Positions 12,594-26,194 of a stretch of 64,000 nucleotides of DNA are shown here, one piece after another. The translations under genes were made by a program, and so were the position numbers. How positions within the stretch are numbered: position 1 is the stretch's first letter; each line of letters opens with the position of its first letter. A model generated the notes under the pieces. That model worked only from the letters and a program-made list of their open reading frames with translations. It was not told where the DNA came from and did not search any database. The stretch is from Squalus acanthias (taxonomy: Eukaryota): positions 28,830,001 to 28,894,000 of the forward strand of contig CM059427.1 in assembly GCA_030390025.1 (NCBI GenBank), written 5' to 3'.

Positions 12594-13513
12594 CTAACAC
12601 AAAAAAAAAAAAAAAAATTGTACTTACAAATAAAGTTTGATAGCCTCTTAATTAATGGGATTTCAAAATAATATATGCCAGCACACACTTCTTTCAGGGC
12701 TCCAAATAAATCTTTTTAAAAGAACAAACCAACCTCAATTACACTATCCATGGGAAGCACAAAGGTTTTTGAAAGGTGTACAATACACGCTGAAAGGCAT
12801 AAGATGAGATATCTTGTTGAGACTTACTGCCTATCAGTGTTACTTGCTAACAGCGAAGGCAAAGTCCCAAGCCCTCTTACTGAAGGACCACTCTCAGGAA
12901 TGCTCCCACGCATTTGCACCATGGAGAGATGGAATGTGGATCTGATCCTGAGATTTAGCAAGCAATGACTTATATCACATCACTGTGAGAAGTTTATAAG
13001 TGGAAGTCAAGCAAGTCCACACAAAAAGAACAAAAAAAAAGAGGTACTGCAAGACCAAAGTTCTACTAAAAAAAAAAATTGTATAGCTTAATTAAGTCTC
13101 CTTTCACTTGCAGGATGGATGGTGAATTGGTCCAACTTCAAGCAGCATTCCCTTGCAAGAGGAAGAGTGGAAACAGCACTGAATCCTAGCTAGGCAGGCT
13201 GTGAATTGAAGTCCAGAAATGCATGGAGCATCATGAAGTCTGCCAATGGCCACAGAAGGAAGGTGGGCCAAAAGTAGCTCCCAAGCAGTATTATGAGAAC
13301 CACTGCTATCTACTACTATGTCAAAACTAGAGAAACGTGTTACGTGGTCACAAGATGGATATGGATGAGGAAGGCTATTCAAATCAATCCCAACTCATCT
13401 ATCTAGAAAGAACCCATAGTCTAATGTCCTACTGTTCAGGTTTAATTTGAAGTAGTCTTCTAAATTTACCTTTTCTATACCATTTACTATCTTATCTACC
13501 TCTAGGAGATCCC

Positions 13514-13616
13514 ACTTCTGACGAAAGGTCTTCGACCTGAAATGTTAACTCTGTTTCTCTCTCCACGGATGCTGCCTGGCCTGCTGAGTTTTTCCAGCGT
13601 TTTCTGTTGTTATTTC
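13514..13616 (+). mobile_element. PLE-derived short insert (family A) with hammerhead core, 9-bp TSD
   Basis: TSD ggagatccc at 13505-13513 and 13617-13625; CTGACGA-a-aggtc-ttc-gacct-GAAATGTTAAC; inserted in an old CR1 remnant. Confidence 0.8.
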
Positions 13617-16600
13617 GGAGATCCCCTCTTGGTTGTCTTCTTTCAAGACTGAAATGCCCAAGTTTCTCCAATCTTGTGGGTCTTCTCTGTGCTCAGTTAC
13701 CAGAACTGGACACAGCATTCAAAGTATGACCTGACCACACACTGTACAGTTTAAGCATACCTTCCTCCAATTCATAAGAACATAAGAAATAGGAGCAGGA
13801 GTAGGCCATTCGGACCATCGAGCCTGCTCCGCCATTCAATAAGATCATGGCTGATCTTCTACCTCAACTCCACTTTCCTGCACTATCCCCATATCCCTTA
13901 ATATCCAAAAATCTATCAATCTCTGACTTGAATACACTCAACGACTGAGCATCCACAGCCCTCTGGGGTAGAGAATTCTAAAGATTCACCACTCTCTGAG
14001 GGAAGAAATTTCTCCTCATCTCAGTCCTAAATGGCCGACCCCTTATTCTGAGACTGCGATCCCTGGTCCTAGACTCCCCAGCCAGGGGAAACATCCTCCC
14101 TGCATCTACCCTGTCAAGCCCTGTAAGAATTTTGTATGTTTCAATGAGATCACCTCTCATTCTTCTAAACTCCAGAGAATATAGGCCTTGTCTACTCAAG
14201 CTCTCCTCATAGGACAAACCCCCCCATCCCAGGAATCAGTCTGATGAACCTTCGTTGCACTGACTCTATGGCAAGTATATCCTTCCTTAGGTAAGGAGAC
14301 CAAAACTGTACACAATACTCCAGGTGTGGTCTCAATGCTGCCCTATATAATTGGAGTAAGACATCTTTATTCTTATACTCAAATCCTCTTGTAATAAAGG
14401 CCAACATACCATTTACTTCCTTAATTGCTTGCTGTACCTGCATGTTAACTTTGATTTGTGTACAAGGACACCCAGGTCCCTCTGAACAGCAACACTTCCC
14501 AATCTCCCACCATTTAAAAAATACTCTGCTTTTCTATTTTTCCCACCAAAGTGGATAACTTCGCATTTCTCCACATTATATTCCATTTGCCATGTTCTTG
14601 CCCACTCACTTAGCCTGTCTATCTCCCTTGACGCCTCTTTGCATCCTCCTCACAACTTACATTCACACCCAGCTTTGGTTGTATCAGCAGCAAAATTGGA
14701 TATATTACATTTGGTCCCCTCATCCAAATCATTGATATAGATTGTGAATAGCTGAGGCCCAAGCACTGAATCTTGCGATACCCCACCAGTTACAGCCTGC
14801 CAACCCGAAAATGACCTGTTTATTCCTACTCTCTGTTTTCTGTCCGTTAACCAATCCTCAATCCATGCTAGTATATTACCCCCAATCCCATGAGCCCTAA
14901 TTTTGTTTAATAACCTCTTGTGTGACACCTTATCGAATGCCTTCTGAAAATCCAAATACACCACATCCACTGGTTCCCCCTGATCTATTCTGCTAGTTAC
15001 AACCTCAAAAAACACTTAACAGATTCATCAAACATGATTTCCCTTTCATAAATCCGTGTTGACTCTGCCCAATCCTATTATTATTTTCTAAGTGCCCTGT
15101 TACCACGTCCTTAATAATAGATTCTAGCATTTTCCCCACTACTGATGTCAGGCTAACTGGTCTGTAGTTCCCCGTTTTCTCGCTCCCTCCTTTCTTAAAT
15201 AGTGGAGTTACATTTGCTATGTTCCAATCCGCAGGAACGTTCTAGAATCTATGGAATTTTGGAAAATGACAACCAATGCATTCACTATTTCTATAGCCAC
15301 CTCTTTCAAAACCCTAGGATGTTGGCCATCAGGTCCAGGGGATTTATCAGCTTTCAGTCCCATTAATTTCTCTAGTACTATTTTTTTTATACTAATATTC
15401 ATTTCTTTCAGTTTCTCACTCTCGCTAGACCCTTGGTTCTCCACTATTTCTGGGAAGTTTTTTGCGTCTTCCTCCGTGAAGACAGACACAAAGTATTTGT
15501 TTAATTTCTCTGCCATTTCCTTATTCCCCATTATAATTTCTCCTGTCTCAGCCTATAAGGGACTCACGTTTATCTGCTAATCTTTTCCTTTTTACATACA
15601 TATAGAAGCTTTTGCAGTCTGTTTTTATGTCTCTCACTAGTTTACTCTCATATTCTATTTTCCCTTTATCAATTTCTTGGTCCTCCTTTGCTGAATTCGA
15701 AAATCCTCCCAATCCTAAGGCTTACTGCTCTTTTTGGCAACATTATAAGCCTCTTCCTTTGATTTAATACTATCTTTAACTTCTCTTGTTAGCCACGGTT
15801 GGACCACTTTTCCTGTGGGGATTTTGTGCCTTAAAGGAATGTATATTTGTTGTAAATTATGTATTAATTCTTTAAATGCTAGCCATTGCTTCTCTACCGT
15901 CATACCTTTTAATGTAGTTTCCCAATCTACCTTAGCCAACTCGCCCCTCATACCTACATAGATTGCTTTGTTTAGATTAAAGACCCTAGTTTTGGATTGA
16001 ACTAAATCACTTTCAGACTCGATATAAAATTCTATCATATTATGGACACTCTTCCCTAAAGGCCCCTTTACTACAAGGTTATTAATTAACCCTTTCTCAT
16101 TGTACAATACTAGATCTAAAATAGCCTGTTCCCTAGTTAGTTCCTCAACATACTGATCGAGAAAACTATCTTGTATACATTCCATGAATTCATCCTCCAC
16201 ACTATTACTGCAAATTTGGTTTGCCCAGTCTATATGTAGATTAAAGGCCCCCATGATTACTGTATTACCCTTGTTACATGCGCCTCTAATTTCCCTGATT
16301 TATACTCTACAGCTACTGTTTGGGGTCTATAAACAACTCCCACCAATGTTTTCTGCCCCTTGCTGTTTTTTTAGCTCACCCAAACTGATTCTACTTCTTG
16401 ATTTTTGGAGCTAAGATCCTTTCTCTCTACTATCTTTATCCCATCCTTTATCATGGCTACCCCTCCTCCTTTTCCATTTTGCCTATCTCTTCTAAAAGTT
16501 AAGTATCCTAGAATATTTAGTTCCCAACCTTGGCCACATTGCAACCATGTCTCTGTAATGGCTATTAGATCACACCTATTAATTTCTATCTGCGCTATTA

Positions 16601-16622
16601 ATTCATCTATTTTGTTGCGAAT

Positions 16623-18538
16623 TTTGTTGGGGAGGGTTTAAACTAAAATGGCATGGGGTTGGGAACCTGTGCAGGGAGACAGAGGAAAGGGAAGCAAGGA
16701 TAGAAACAAAAGACAGGAAGGAGAAAAGCAAAAGTGGAAGGCAGAGAAATCAAGGGTGTAAATCAAACAGGGCTACAGTAAATAATAATTCGAAAAGGAC
16801 TAAGAGTGTTAAAAAAAACAAGCCTGAAGGCTTTGTGTCTTAATGCGAGGAGCATTCATAATAAGGTGGATGAATTAGCTGTGCAAATAGATGTAAACGG
16901 ATGTGATATAATTGGGATTATGGAGACATGGCTCCAGGGTGAACAAGGCTGGGAATTCAACATCCAGGGGTATTCAATATTCAGGAAGGACAGGCAAAAA
17001 GGAAAAGGAGGTGGGGTAGCATTGCTGGTTAAAGAGGAGATTAACACAATAGTAAGGAAGGATATTAGCTCTGATGATGTGGAATCTGTATGGGCAGAGC
17101 TGAGAAATACCAAGGGCCAGAAAACGTTAGTGGGAGTTGTATACAGACCCCCAAACAGTAATGTTGAGGTTGGGGATGGCATTAAACGGGAAATGAGAGA
17201 CGCGTGCAATAAGGGCACAGCAGTTATCATGGGTGACTTTAATCTACATATAGATTGGGCTAACCAAATTAGTAACAATACTGTAGAGAAGGAATTCCTA
17301 GAGCGTATACGGGATGGTTTCCTGGACCAATATGTCGAGGAACCAACTAGAGATCAGGCCATCTTAGACTGGGTATTATGTAATGAGAAAGGATTAATTA
17401 GCAATCTTGTTGTGCGAGGCCCCTTGGGTCGGAGCGATCATAATATGATCGAATTCTTCATTAAGATGGAGAGTGAAGTAGTAGTTGACTCAGAGACTAG
17501 GGTACGGAATTTAAATAAAGGAAACTACGATGGTATGAAGCGCGATTTGGCTAGGATGGATTGGGGAACGTTACTTAAAGGGTTGACGGTGGATAGGCAA
17601 TGGCAAACATTTAAAGATCGCATGGATGAACTACAGAATTTGTTCATCCCTGTTTGGCTTAAAAATAAAACAAAAAAGGTGACTCAACTGTGGCTAACAA
17701 GGGAAATTAGGGATAGCATAAGATCCAAGGAGAGGACATATAAATTGGCCAGAAAAAGCAGCAAACCTGAGGATTGGGAGCAGTTTAGGATTCAGCAAAG
17801 GAGGACAAAAGGATTAATTAAGAGGGGGAAAATAGAGTACGAGAGTAAGCTTGCAGGGAACATAAAAACTGACTGCAGCAGGCGGTTAAGAAGGCAAATG
17901 GTATGTTGGCCTTCATAGCGAGAGGATTAGAGTACAGGAGCAAGGATGTCTTGCTGCAGTTGTACAGGGCCTTGGTGAGACCACACCTTGAGTATTGTGT
18001 GCAGTTTTGGTCGCCTTATCGGAGGAAGGATGTTCTTGCCACGGAGGGAGTGCAGCGAAGATTCACCAGACTGATTCCTGGGATGGCAGGAATGGAGAGA
18101 GATTGGGTCGATTAGGCTTATATTCGCTAGAGTTTAGAAGAATGAGAGGGGATCTCATTGAAACTTATAAAATTCTAATAGGACTGGACAGACTAGATGC
18201 AGGAAGGATGTTCCCGATGGCAGGGGAGTCCAGAACCAGGGGTCACAGTCTAAGGATAAGTGGCAAGCCATTTAGGACTGAGATGAGGAGGAATTTCTTC
18301 ACCCAGAGAGTGGTGAACCTATGGAATTCTCTGCCACAGAAGGCAGTTAAGGCTAATTCATTAAATATATTCAAGAAGGAGTTAGATATATTTCTTAAGG
18401 CTAAAGGGATCAAGGGATATTAGGAGAAAGCAGGGACAGGGTACTGAATTTGGATGATCAGCCATGATCTCATTAAATGGCGGAACAGGCTCGAGGGGCC
18501 GAATGGCCTACTCCTGCTCCTATCTTCTATGTTTCTAT
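16623..18538 (+). mobile_element. Nested CR1 with open endonuclease region and deleted RT core
   Basis: ORF 16806-17918 (LCLNARS, ETWL, VYRPP, GDFN, SDHNMI); jumps from AGNIKTDC to the C-terminal KANGMLAF region; gaat repeated at both junctions. Confidence 0.9.
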
Positions 18539-18729
18539 GAATGCTTCACGCATTCAGATATAATGCCTTTAGCTTTGACTTATTTCTATTTTTCCCTGAT
18601 GTCACTTTAGTCACTGAGGCCTTATTACCTTTGTTACTCTCTCTGTCCCTTCCTGACCCACTCTGCTTATTTTTACCCAAAACTCTACTCTGCTCTGGAG
18701 CCTTGACATTTCTCTTGCTGCTTTTAAAT

Positions 18730-19074
18730 GATGCACTGCAGCAACTCGCCAAGGCTTCTTTGGCAGCACCTCCCAAACCCGCAACCTCTTCCACCTAGGA
18801 CAAGGGCAGCAGGCGCATGGGAACACCACCGCCTCCAAGTTCCCCTCCAAGTCAAACACCATCCTGACTTAGAAGTATATCGCCGATCCTTCATCGTCGC
18901 TGGGTCAAAATCCTGGAACTCCCTACCTAACAGTACTGTGGGAGTACCTTCCCCACACAGACTGCGGTGGTTCAAGAAGGTGGCTCACCACCACTTTCTC
19001 AAGGGCAACTAGGGATGGGCAATAAATGCTAGCCTTGCCAGCGACGCCCACATCTCAAACAAATCAAAAAAAAA
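18730..19074 (+). mobile_element. CR1-group LINE family B 3' fragment nested in CR1
   Basis: Highly similar to about 5267-5600 (MHCSNSPRLL...HHHFLKGN plus tail). Confidence 0.88.
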
Positions 19075-21149
19075 TTACTCTTTCCTGAATCCTCCCACCC
19101 CCCCTTTATGAGTTTAAAGCCCTGTCTACTGCCCTAGTTATTCGGTTCGCCAGGACACTGGCACCAGCCTGGTTTAATTGGAACCCGTCGAATGGAACAG
19201 CTCCCTCTTTCCCCAGTACTGGTGCCAGTGCCCGATGAACTGAAACCCCTTCCTCCCACACCACTCTTGGAGCCACACATTTAAACCTCTAATCTGTTTG
19301 TCCCTATGCCAATTTGCACGTGGCTCAAGTAACAATCCAGAGATTATTACCTTTGAGGTTCTGCTTTTTAATTTGGATCCTAGCTCTTCAAACTCCCTCA
19401 GCAGAAACTCATTCCTAGTTCTACCTATGTCGTTGGTTCCTACGTGGACCACGACAACTGAATCCTCCCCCTCCCACTCCAAGTTCTTCTCCAGTCGCGA
19501 GGAGATATCCTTAACCCTGTCACCGGGCAGGCAACACAACCTTTGGAACTCCCGGTCGTGGCTACAGAGAACAGTATCTATCCCCCTGACTATACTGTCG
19601 CCTACCACTACCCACATTCCTTTTTACTCCCCCTCCGTGACTGGCCTCCTGTACCACGGTACCGTGGTCAGTTTGCCCATCCTCCCTGCAGTCCTTGTTC
19701 TCATCCATACAGGCAGCAAGTACCTCATACCTGTTGGACAAGGTGAAGGGCGGAGGCTCCTCCATCACTACATCCTGGGTCCCCATACCTTCCTGACTTG
19801 CAGTCACACCTTCCTGTCTCTGACCATTGACTATTTCAAAGGTACTGCTTAACCTAAGGGGTGTGACTGCCTCCTGGAACAAAGTGTCCAGGTAACTCTC
19901 CCCTTCCCTGATGCATCGCAATGTCTGCAGCTCAGACTCCAGCTCAACAACTCTGAGCCGAAGTTCCTCGAGCTGCAGACACTTACCGCAGATGTGGTTG
20001 CTCAGGATCTCATTGGTCTCCAGCAACTCCCACATGCTGCAGTTACGACACACCACCTGCACGGCCATCTCTATCTAACCTTAATTTATTTATACAATTA
20101 GTTACAATATTTATTCAAACGATTATTTTTACTGTTAATTTTTAGTTTTAATTAGTTAATTTAGTTTTAAGTTATTAATTCAATAAAGTTATGGTAATTA
20201 ATACTCTCCGAGTTCTGAATTTAACCCACTTACCTAACCTAGATAGCAAAAGAGCTGTATTACTCACCAACCAACCACCTACCCCTGCTGTCCTGTGACG
20301 TCACTCCTTGTTTTTTTTAAGCCTCTGCTCCCGCTCAGGCCCGCGCGGTGTCCTAGGCCTTCTCCGGTGCTCCCTTTAAGCCGCCGCTCCCGCTGCCTCT
20401 GCTCCGCTCAGGTCCGCGCTGTGTCCTGGGCCTTCTCCGGTGCTCCCTTTAAGCCAGCGCTCCTGCTGCCTCCACTCCCGCTTTGGCTATATAGTTTAAC
20501 ATTCTATTTGTTCTGCTAGTTGCAGCTTTGTTGTGATTGGATATGTTAAGCAGAGTCTACCAATACCACTAAATCTTTCTCAACATCACTTAGCTATTTT
20601 CACACCATTCTAAGGAGTACTTGTGTCATCCTTTGTTTCTTCCTATGTCCATACATTTGTCATTTCATTCATCTGCTACCAGACTCTGAGGTGGCAGGAG
20701 GAGGGGAGCATTGACAAGTTTGGTCAACATCCCTGAGTTTGTAACACTGGCCAATTTGACCAATATGCACCGAGGCTCTGAATCCAAATCATTAATGGTT
20801 TTAAAATAAAAGCTAAAACTGGTTAGAGATGCAGTAAAATTAGGCAATTTAAAAAATAAGCACCTCTTATGCTGAGTTCTGAAGTACTTGCATCATTTGT
20901 GAATTTTACCAGGATGCAGCCCATTACTAGTCATCTCATTTTGTAACCTAAAATTGTCATAAATTATTCAGTAACTAAGCATGCGCATTTTATGTTTTGC
21001 CTTTACCAAGGAGTCCTCCAATTATTATTCAACATTTACCAAAGATAGCCAAGTTGCACAATTTTTCTATAATATAAAATTATAAAAAATGCACCCAAAT
21101 TCAAATTAACTAAGGGTTAAAACAACTGGCACAGCAAACATTTAATCTG

Positions 21150-21775
21150 AATAGAATCATAGAATAGTACAGCACAGAAGGAGGCCATTCGGCCCATTGA
21201 GTCTGCGCCGGCTCTTTCGAAGAGCAATCCAGTTAGTCCCACTCCCCCACCTTTTCCCCATATCCCTGCAATTTTTTCCCCTTCAAATATTTATCCAATT
21301 CCCTTTTGAAGGCTACTGTTGAATCGGCCTCCACCACCCTTTCAGGCAGTGCATTCCAGATCCTAACCACGCGCTGCGTAAAAAAGTTTTTCCTCATGTC
21401 ACCTTTGGTTCTTCTGCCAATCACCTTAAATCTGTGTCCTCTGGTTCTCGACCCTTCCACCAATGGGAACAGTTTCTCTCTATCTACTGTCTCGACCCCT
21501 CATGATTTTGAACACCTCTATCAAACCTCTTCTCAATCTTCTCTGCTCTAAGGAGAGCAACCCCAGCTTCTCCATTCTATCCACATAACTGAAGTCCCGC
21601 ATCCCTGGAACCATTCTTGTAAATCTTTTCCGAACCCTCTCGAAGGCCTTCACATCCTTACTAAAGTGCGGTGCCCAGAATTGGACACAATACTCCATTT
21701 GAGGCCGAACCAGTGTTTTATAAAGGTTCATTATAACTTCCTTGCTTTTGTACTCTATGCCTCTATTTATGAATC
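21150..21775 (-). mobile_element. CR1 LINE 3' fragment
   Basis: LYKTLVRPQMEYCVQFWAPH; atagaatcatagaat tail. Confidence 0.88.
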
Positions 21776-22324
21776 TTCACAGGAGGTTTTAACAAAAATC
21801 AAACTGCAGTTTTGACCTGCATCCTAGGACAAAAATAATGAGAGGCACTAAATTAGTAATTTTGCAAATGCGGTTATGGAATACATTGTTTATAAACAAC
21901 ATAATCACTCATATGGCTTTGATTCCTAAAACTACAATCAATTCAGTCCAAAAGACACAAACTCAAAGAAAAAATCAGTACCAATAAAAGGGTTTCCTGA
22001 TGTGGGACTTGAGATAAACACCATTTATTTGTTGAAAGACATTTATCCGAATGTCAACATGGAACATTTGAGATTTCAATATAGATTTCCTACAGGCTTG
22101 CAGAAGTGCTGAACAGATACATTAAACAGTGCAGCACACAAATACTGCGTCAGTTAAATGAACACTTTGATACCCAATTTCTTTTGCCATTAATTCAATG
22201 TTAAATTAATGTGCCCATTTAAGTACAGACCAGGTATGTGCACAGATTCTCAACTTTTGACAGCCATTCAATAAGTGCACACATTTTTTCTTAAGCAGCT
22301 CATTGTCCCAAGCAGAATATCTCA

Positions 22325-22510
22325 CGTAAGAACAAAGGAATAGGAGTAAGCCATTCAGCCCCTCGAGCCAGGTCTGCCAGTCAATTGGATCATGGTGATC
22401 CATACCTCAGCTCCATTTGCCCAACCGTTGCTCTATATCCCTTGATAAACTCACCTAACAAAAATGCATCAATCTCAGTCTTGAAAATTTCAACTGACCC
22501 AGCATCCATA
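22325..22510 (-). mobile_element. CR1 3' tail fragment
   Basis: taagaacaaaggaataggagtaagccattcagcccctcgagcc. Confidence 0.7.
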
Positions 22511-22782
22511 CCTTTTAACTCAACTATCACAGTTAATTACTGACCTTAGAAGTTGATAAAACTGAATGACACCTCGGGTAAGAATATTGATTTTCTTATT
22601 TTGAACTCAAAATGTCTAGAGACAATTGAAACCAGCAAGACAATGTAGTAATCACTGAACAGACTACCAAGTTCCAAAAAAATAGACTGCCACTCATAGA
22701 ATCATACAGTACAGAGGTCGTCATTCAGCCAGTCATGCTTGTGATGGCTCTTTGAAAGAGCAGCCGTGCCACACACACTTTT

Positions 22783-25700
22783 TAGAATCATGGAAATTTA
22801 CTGCACAGGAGGCCATTCGGCCCATTTTGTCTGTGCCGGCCAAGAAAGAGCTATTCAGCCTAATCCCACTTTCCAGCTCTTGGTCCATAGCCTTGTAGAT
22901 TACGGTACTTCAAGTGCATAGCCAAGTACTTTTTAAATGTGATGAGGGTTTCTGCCTCTATCACCCTTTCAGGCAGAGAGTCCCCATCACCCTCTGGATG
23001 AAAAAAGTTCTCAACTCCCCTCTAATCATTTTACCAATTACTTTAAATCTATGCCCCCCTGGTTATTGACCTCTCTGCTAAGGGAAATAGGTCCTTCCTA
23101 TCCACTCTATCTGGGCCCCATATAATTTTATACACCTCAATTAAGTCTCCCTCAGCCTCCTCTGTTCCAAAGAAAACAACCCCAGCCTATCCAATCTTTC
23201 CTCATAGCTAAAATTCTCCAGTCCTGGCAACATCCTCGGAAATCTCCTCTGTACCCTCTCTAGTGCAATCACATCTTTCCTGTAATGTGGTGACCAGAAC
23301 TGTATGCAGTACTCTAGCTGTGGCCTAACTCGTGTTTTATACAGTTCAAGCATAACCTCCCTGCTCTTATATTCTATGCCTCGGGTAATAAAGGAAAGTA
23401 TCCCGTATGCCTTCTTAACCACCTTACCGACCTGTCCTGCCACCTGCAGGGATCTGTGGACATGCACTCTGTTCCTCTACACTTCTCAGTATCCTACCAC
23501 TTATTGTGTATTCCCTTGTCTTGTTAGCCCTCACACTTCTCCGATTGAATTCCATTTGCCACTTTAACGCCCACCTGACCAGTCCATTGATATCTTCCTG
23601 CAGTCTACAGCTTTCTTACATACGAATTAGGAGCAGGAGTAGGCCACTCGGTCCTTCGAGCCTGTTCCGCCATTCAATAAGATCATGGCTGATCCGATTA
23701 CTCCACATTCCCGCCTACCCCCGATAACTTTTCACCCCCTTGCTTACCAAGAATCTATCTACCTCTGCCTTAAAAATATTCAAAGACTCTGCTTCCACCC
23801 CCCTCTGAGGAAGAGAGTTCCAAAGACTCACGACCCTCAGAGAAAAAATTTCTCCTCATCTGTCTTAAATGGGCGACCCCTTATTTTTAAACAGTGACTC
23901 CTAGTTCTAGATTCTCCCACAAGAGGAAACATCCTCTCCACATCCACCCTGTCCAGACCCCTCAGGATCTTATATGTTTCAATCAAGTCACCTCGTACTC
24001 TTCTAAACTCCAGCGGATACAAGCCTAGCCTGTCCAACCTTTCCTCATAAGACAACCCGCTCATTCCAGGTATTAGTCTAGTAAACCTCTGAACTGCTTC
24101 CAACGCATTTAAATCCTTCCTTAAATAAGGAGACCAATACTGTACACAGTACTCCAGATGTGGTCTCACCAATGCCCTGTGTAACTGAAGCATAACCTCC
24201 CTACTTTTGTATCCAATTCCCCTCGCAATAAACAATAACATTCTATTAGCTTTCCTAATTACTTGCTGTACCTGCATAGTAACCTTTTACGATTCATGCA
24301 CTGGGACACCCAGATCCCTCTGCATCTCAGAGCTCTGCAATCTCTCACCATTTAGATAATATGCTTCTTTTTTATTCTTCCTGCCAAAATGGACAACTTC
24401 ACATTTTCCCACATTATACTCCATTTGCCAGTTCTTTGCCCACTCACTTAACCTATCTATATCCCTTTGTAGCCTCCTTATGTCCTCTTCACAATTTACT
24501 TTCCTACCTATCTTTGTGTCATCAGCAAATTTAGCAACCATACCTTCGGTCCCTTCATCCAAGTCATTTATATAAATTGTAAAAAGTTGAGGCCCCAGCA
24601 CTGATCCCTGTGGCACACCACTCGTTACATCTTGCCGATCAGAAAATGACCCATTTATTCCTACTCTCTGTTTCCTGTTAGCTAGCCAATCTTCTATCCA
24701 TGCCAATATGTTACCCCCTACACCATGAGCTTTTATTTTCCGCAATAACCTTTGATGTGGCACCTTATCAAATGCCTTCTGGAAATCTAAGTACAGTATA
24801 TCCACCGGTCCCCTTTATCCACAGCACATGTTACTTCCTCAAAAAACTCCAATAAATTGGTTAAACATGATTTCCCTTTCACAAAACCATGTTGACTCTG
24901 CCTGATTACTTTGAACTTTAAGTGCCCTGCTATAACGTCTTTAAAATAGCTTCTAACATCTTCCCTATGACAGATGTTAAACTAACTGGCCTGTGGTTTC
25001 CTGCTTTCTGTCTCCCTCCCTTTTTGAATAAAAGGAGTTACATTCGCTATTTTCCAAACTAATGGAACCTTCTCCAAATCAACCACACGGCCAATTTTTT
25101 TATCATCTGCAAACTTCTTAATCATGCCCCCTACATTGAAGTCTAAATCATCGATATATACCACAAAAAGCAAGGGGCCTGGTACTGAGCCCTGCAGAAC
25201 CCCACTGGAAACAGCCTTCCAGTCACAAAAACATCCATTGACCATTATCCTTTGCTTCCTGCCAGAGTCAATTTTGGATCCATGTTGCCACTTTCCCTTG
25301 GATCCCATGGGCTTTTACTTTTCTGACCAGTCTGCCATGTGGGATCTTGTCAAAAGCCTTGCTAAAACCCTTGTAGACTACATCAAACGTGCTACCCTCA
25401 TCGACCTTCCTTGTTACCTCCTCAAAAAATATCAAATTAGTCAGACACGACCTTCCCTTAACAAATCCGTGCTGACTGTCCTTGGTTAATCTCTGCCTTT
25501 CTAAATGTCCACCCCAGTCCAACGCCGGCATCTCCACATCATGATTTCTAAATGACGATTAATACCATCCCTCAGAACTTTTCCAATAATTTGCCCACCA
25601 CAGAGGTTAGGCTGACTGGCCTGTAATTACTCGGTCTATCCCTTTCTCCCTTTTTAAACAATGGTACAACGTTAGCAGTCCTCCGGCACCACACCTGTAG

Positions 25701-26170
25701 CCAGAGAGGAGTGGAAAATGATGGTCAGAGCCTCCGCTATTTCCTCCCTTGCTTCTCTTAACAGCCTGGGATATATTTCATCCGGGCCTGGCGATTTATC
25801 TACTTTCAAAGATGCTAAACCCCTTAATACTTGATGTTTATCTCATCTAATATTTCACACTCCTCCTCCTGAACTACAATGTCTGCATCGTCCCTCTCTT
25901 TTGTGAAGACAGACGCAAAGTATTTATTAAGAACCATACCCACTTCTTCCGCCTCCACACACAGGTTATCTTTTTGGTCTCTAGTAGGCCCTACTCTTTT
26001 AGTTATCCTCTTGCTCTTTATGTATTTATAAAACATCTGTGGGTTCTCCTTGATGTTACTTGCCAATATTTTTTCATGCCCTCTCTTTGTTTTCCAAATT
26101 TCCTTTTTAATTTCACCCCTGCACTTTCTATAGTCCTCTAGGCTTTCTGCAGTACTGAGCTCTCGGTGTC
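22783..26170 (-). mobile_element. CR1 ORF2 fragment with a second CR1 nested at about 23617-25075
   Basis: Outer copy 22783-23615 resumes at about 25077; the inner copy has its own tail and YLDFQKAFDKVPH...KFADDTK. Confidence 0.85.
25508..25544 (+). mobile_element. 37-nt retroposed insert (probable PLE terminal piece) with 10-bp TSD
   Basis: tccaccccagtccaacgccggcatctccacatcatga flanked by tttctaaatg at 25498-25507 and 25545-25554, inside a CR1. Confidence 0.7.
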
Positions 26171-26194
26171 TGTACTGAGCTCTCGGTGTCTGTA

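Larger units (their letters stand above)
13774..20485 (-). mobile_element. Near full-length CR1 LINE (5'UTR, ORF1 Zn-finger/SGNH esterase, ORF2 APE-RT) split by two nested LINEs
   Basis: ORF1 MAVQVVCRNC..CGKC and GDSIVRG..VHVGTNDIG (20068-19174); ORF2 YLDFQKAFDKV and [12 protein letters not shown]; tail at 13774; nested inserts at 16623-18538 and 18730-19074. Confidence 0.92.

Noticed and set aside
16806-17918. 370-aa ORF as a domesticated host gene
   Set aside because: Ordinary CR1 ORF2 endonuclease within a young insertion; no evidence of domestication.
26152-26191. 20-bp tandem duplication gtactgagctctcggtgtct
   Set aside because: Simple duplication at a CR1 truncation junction; not CRISPR-like (no spacers, eukaryotic context).
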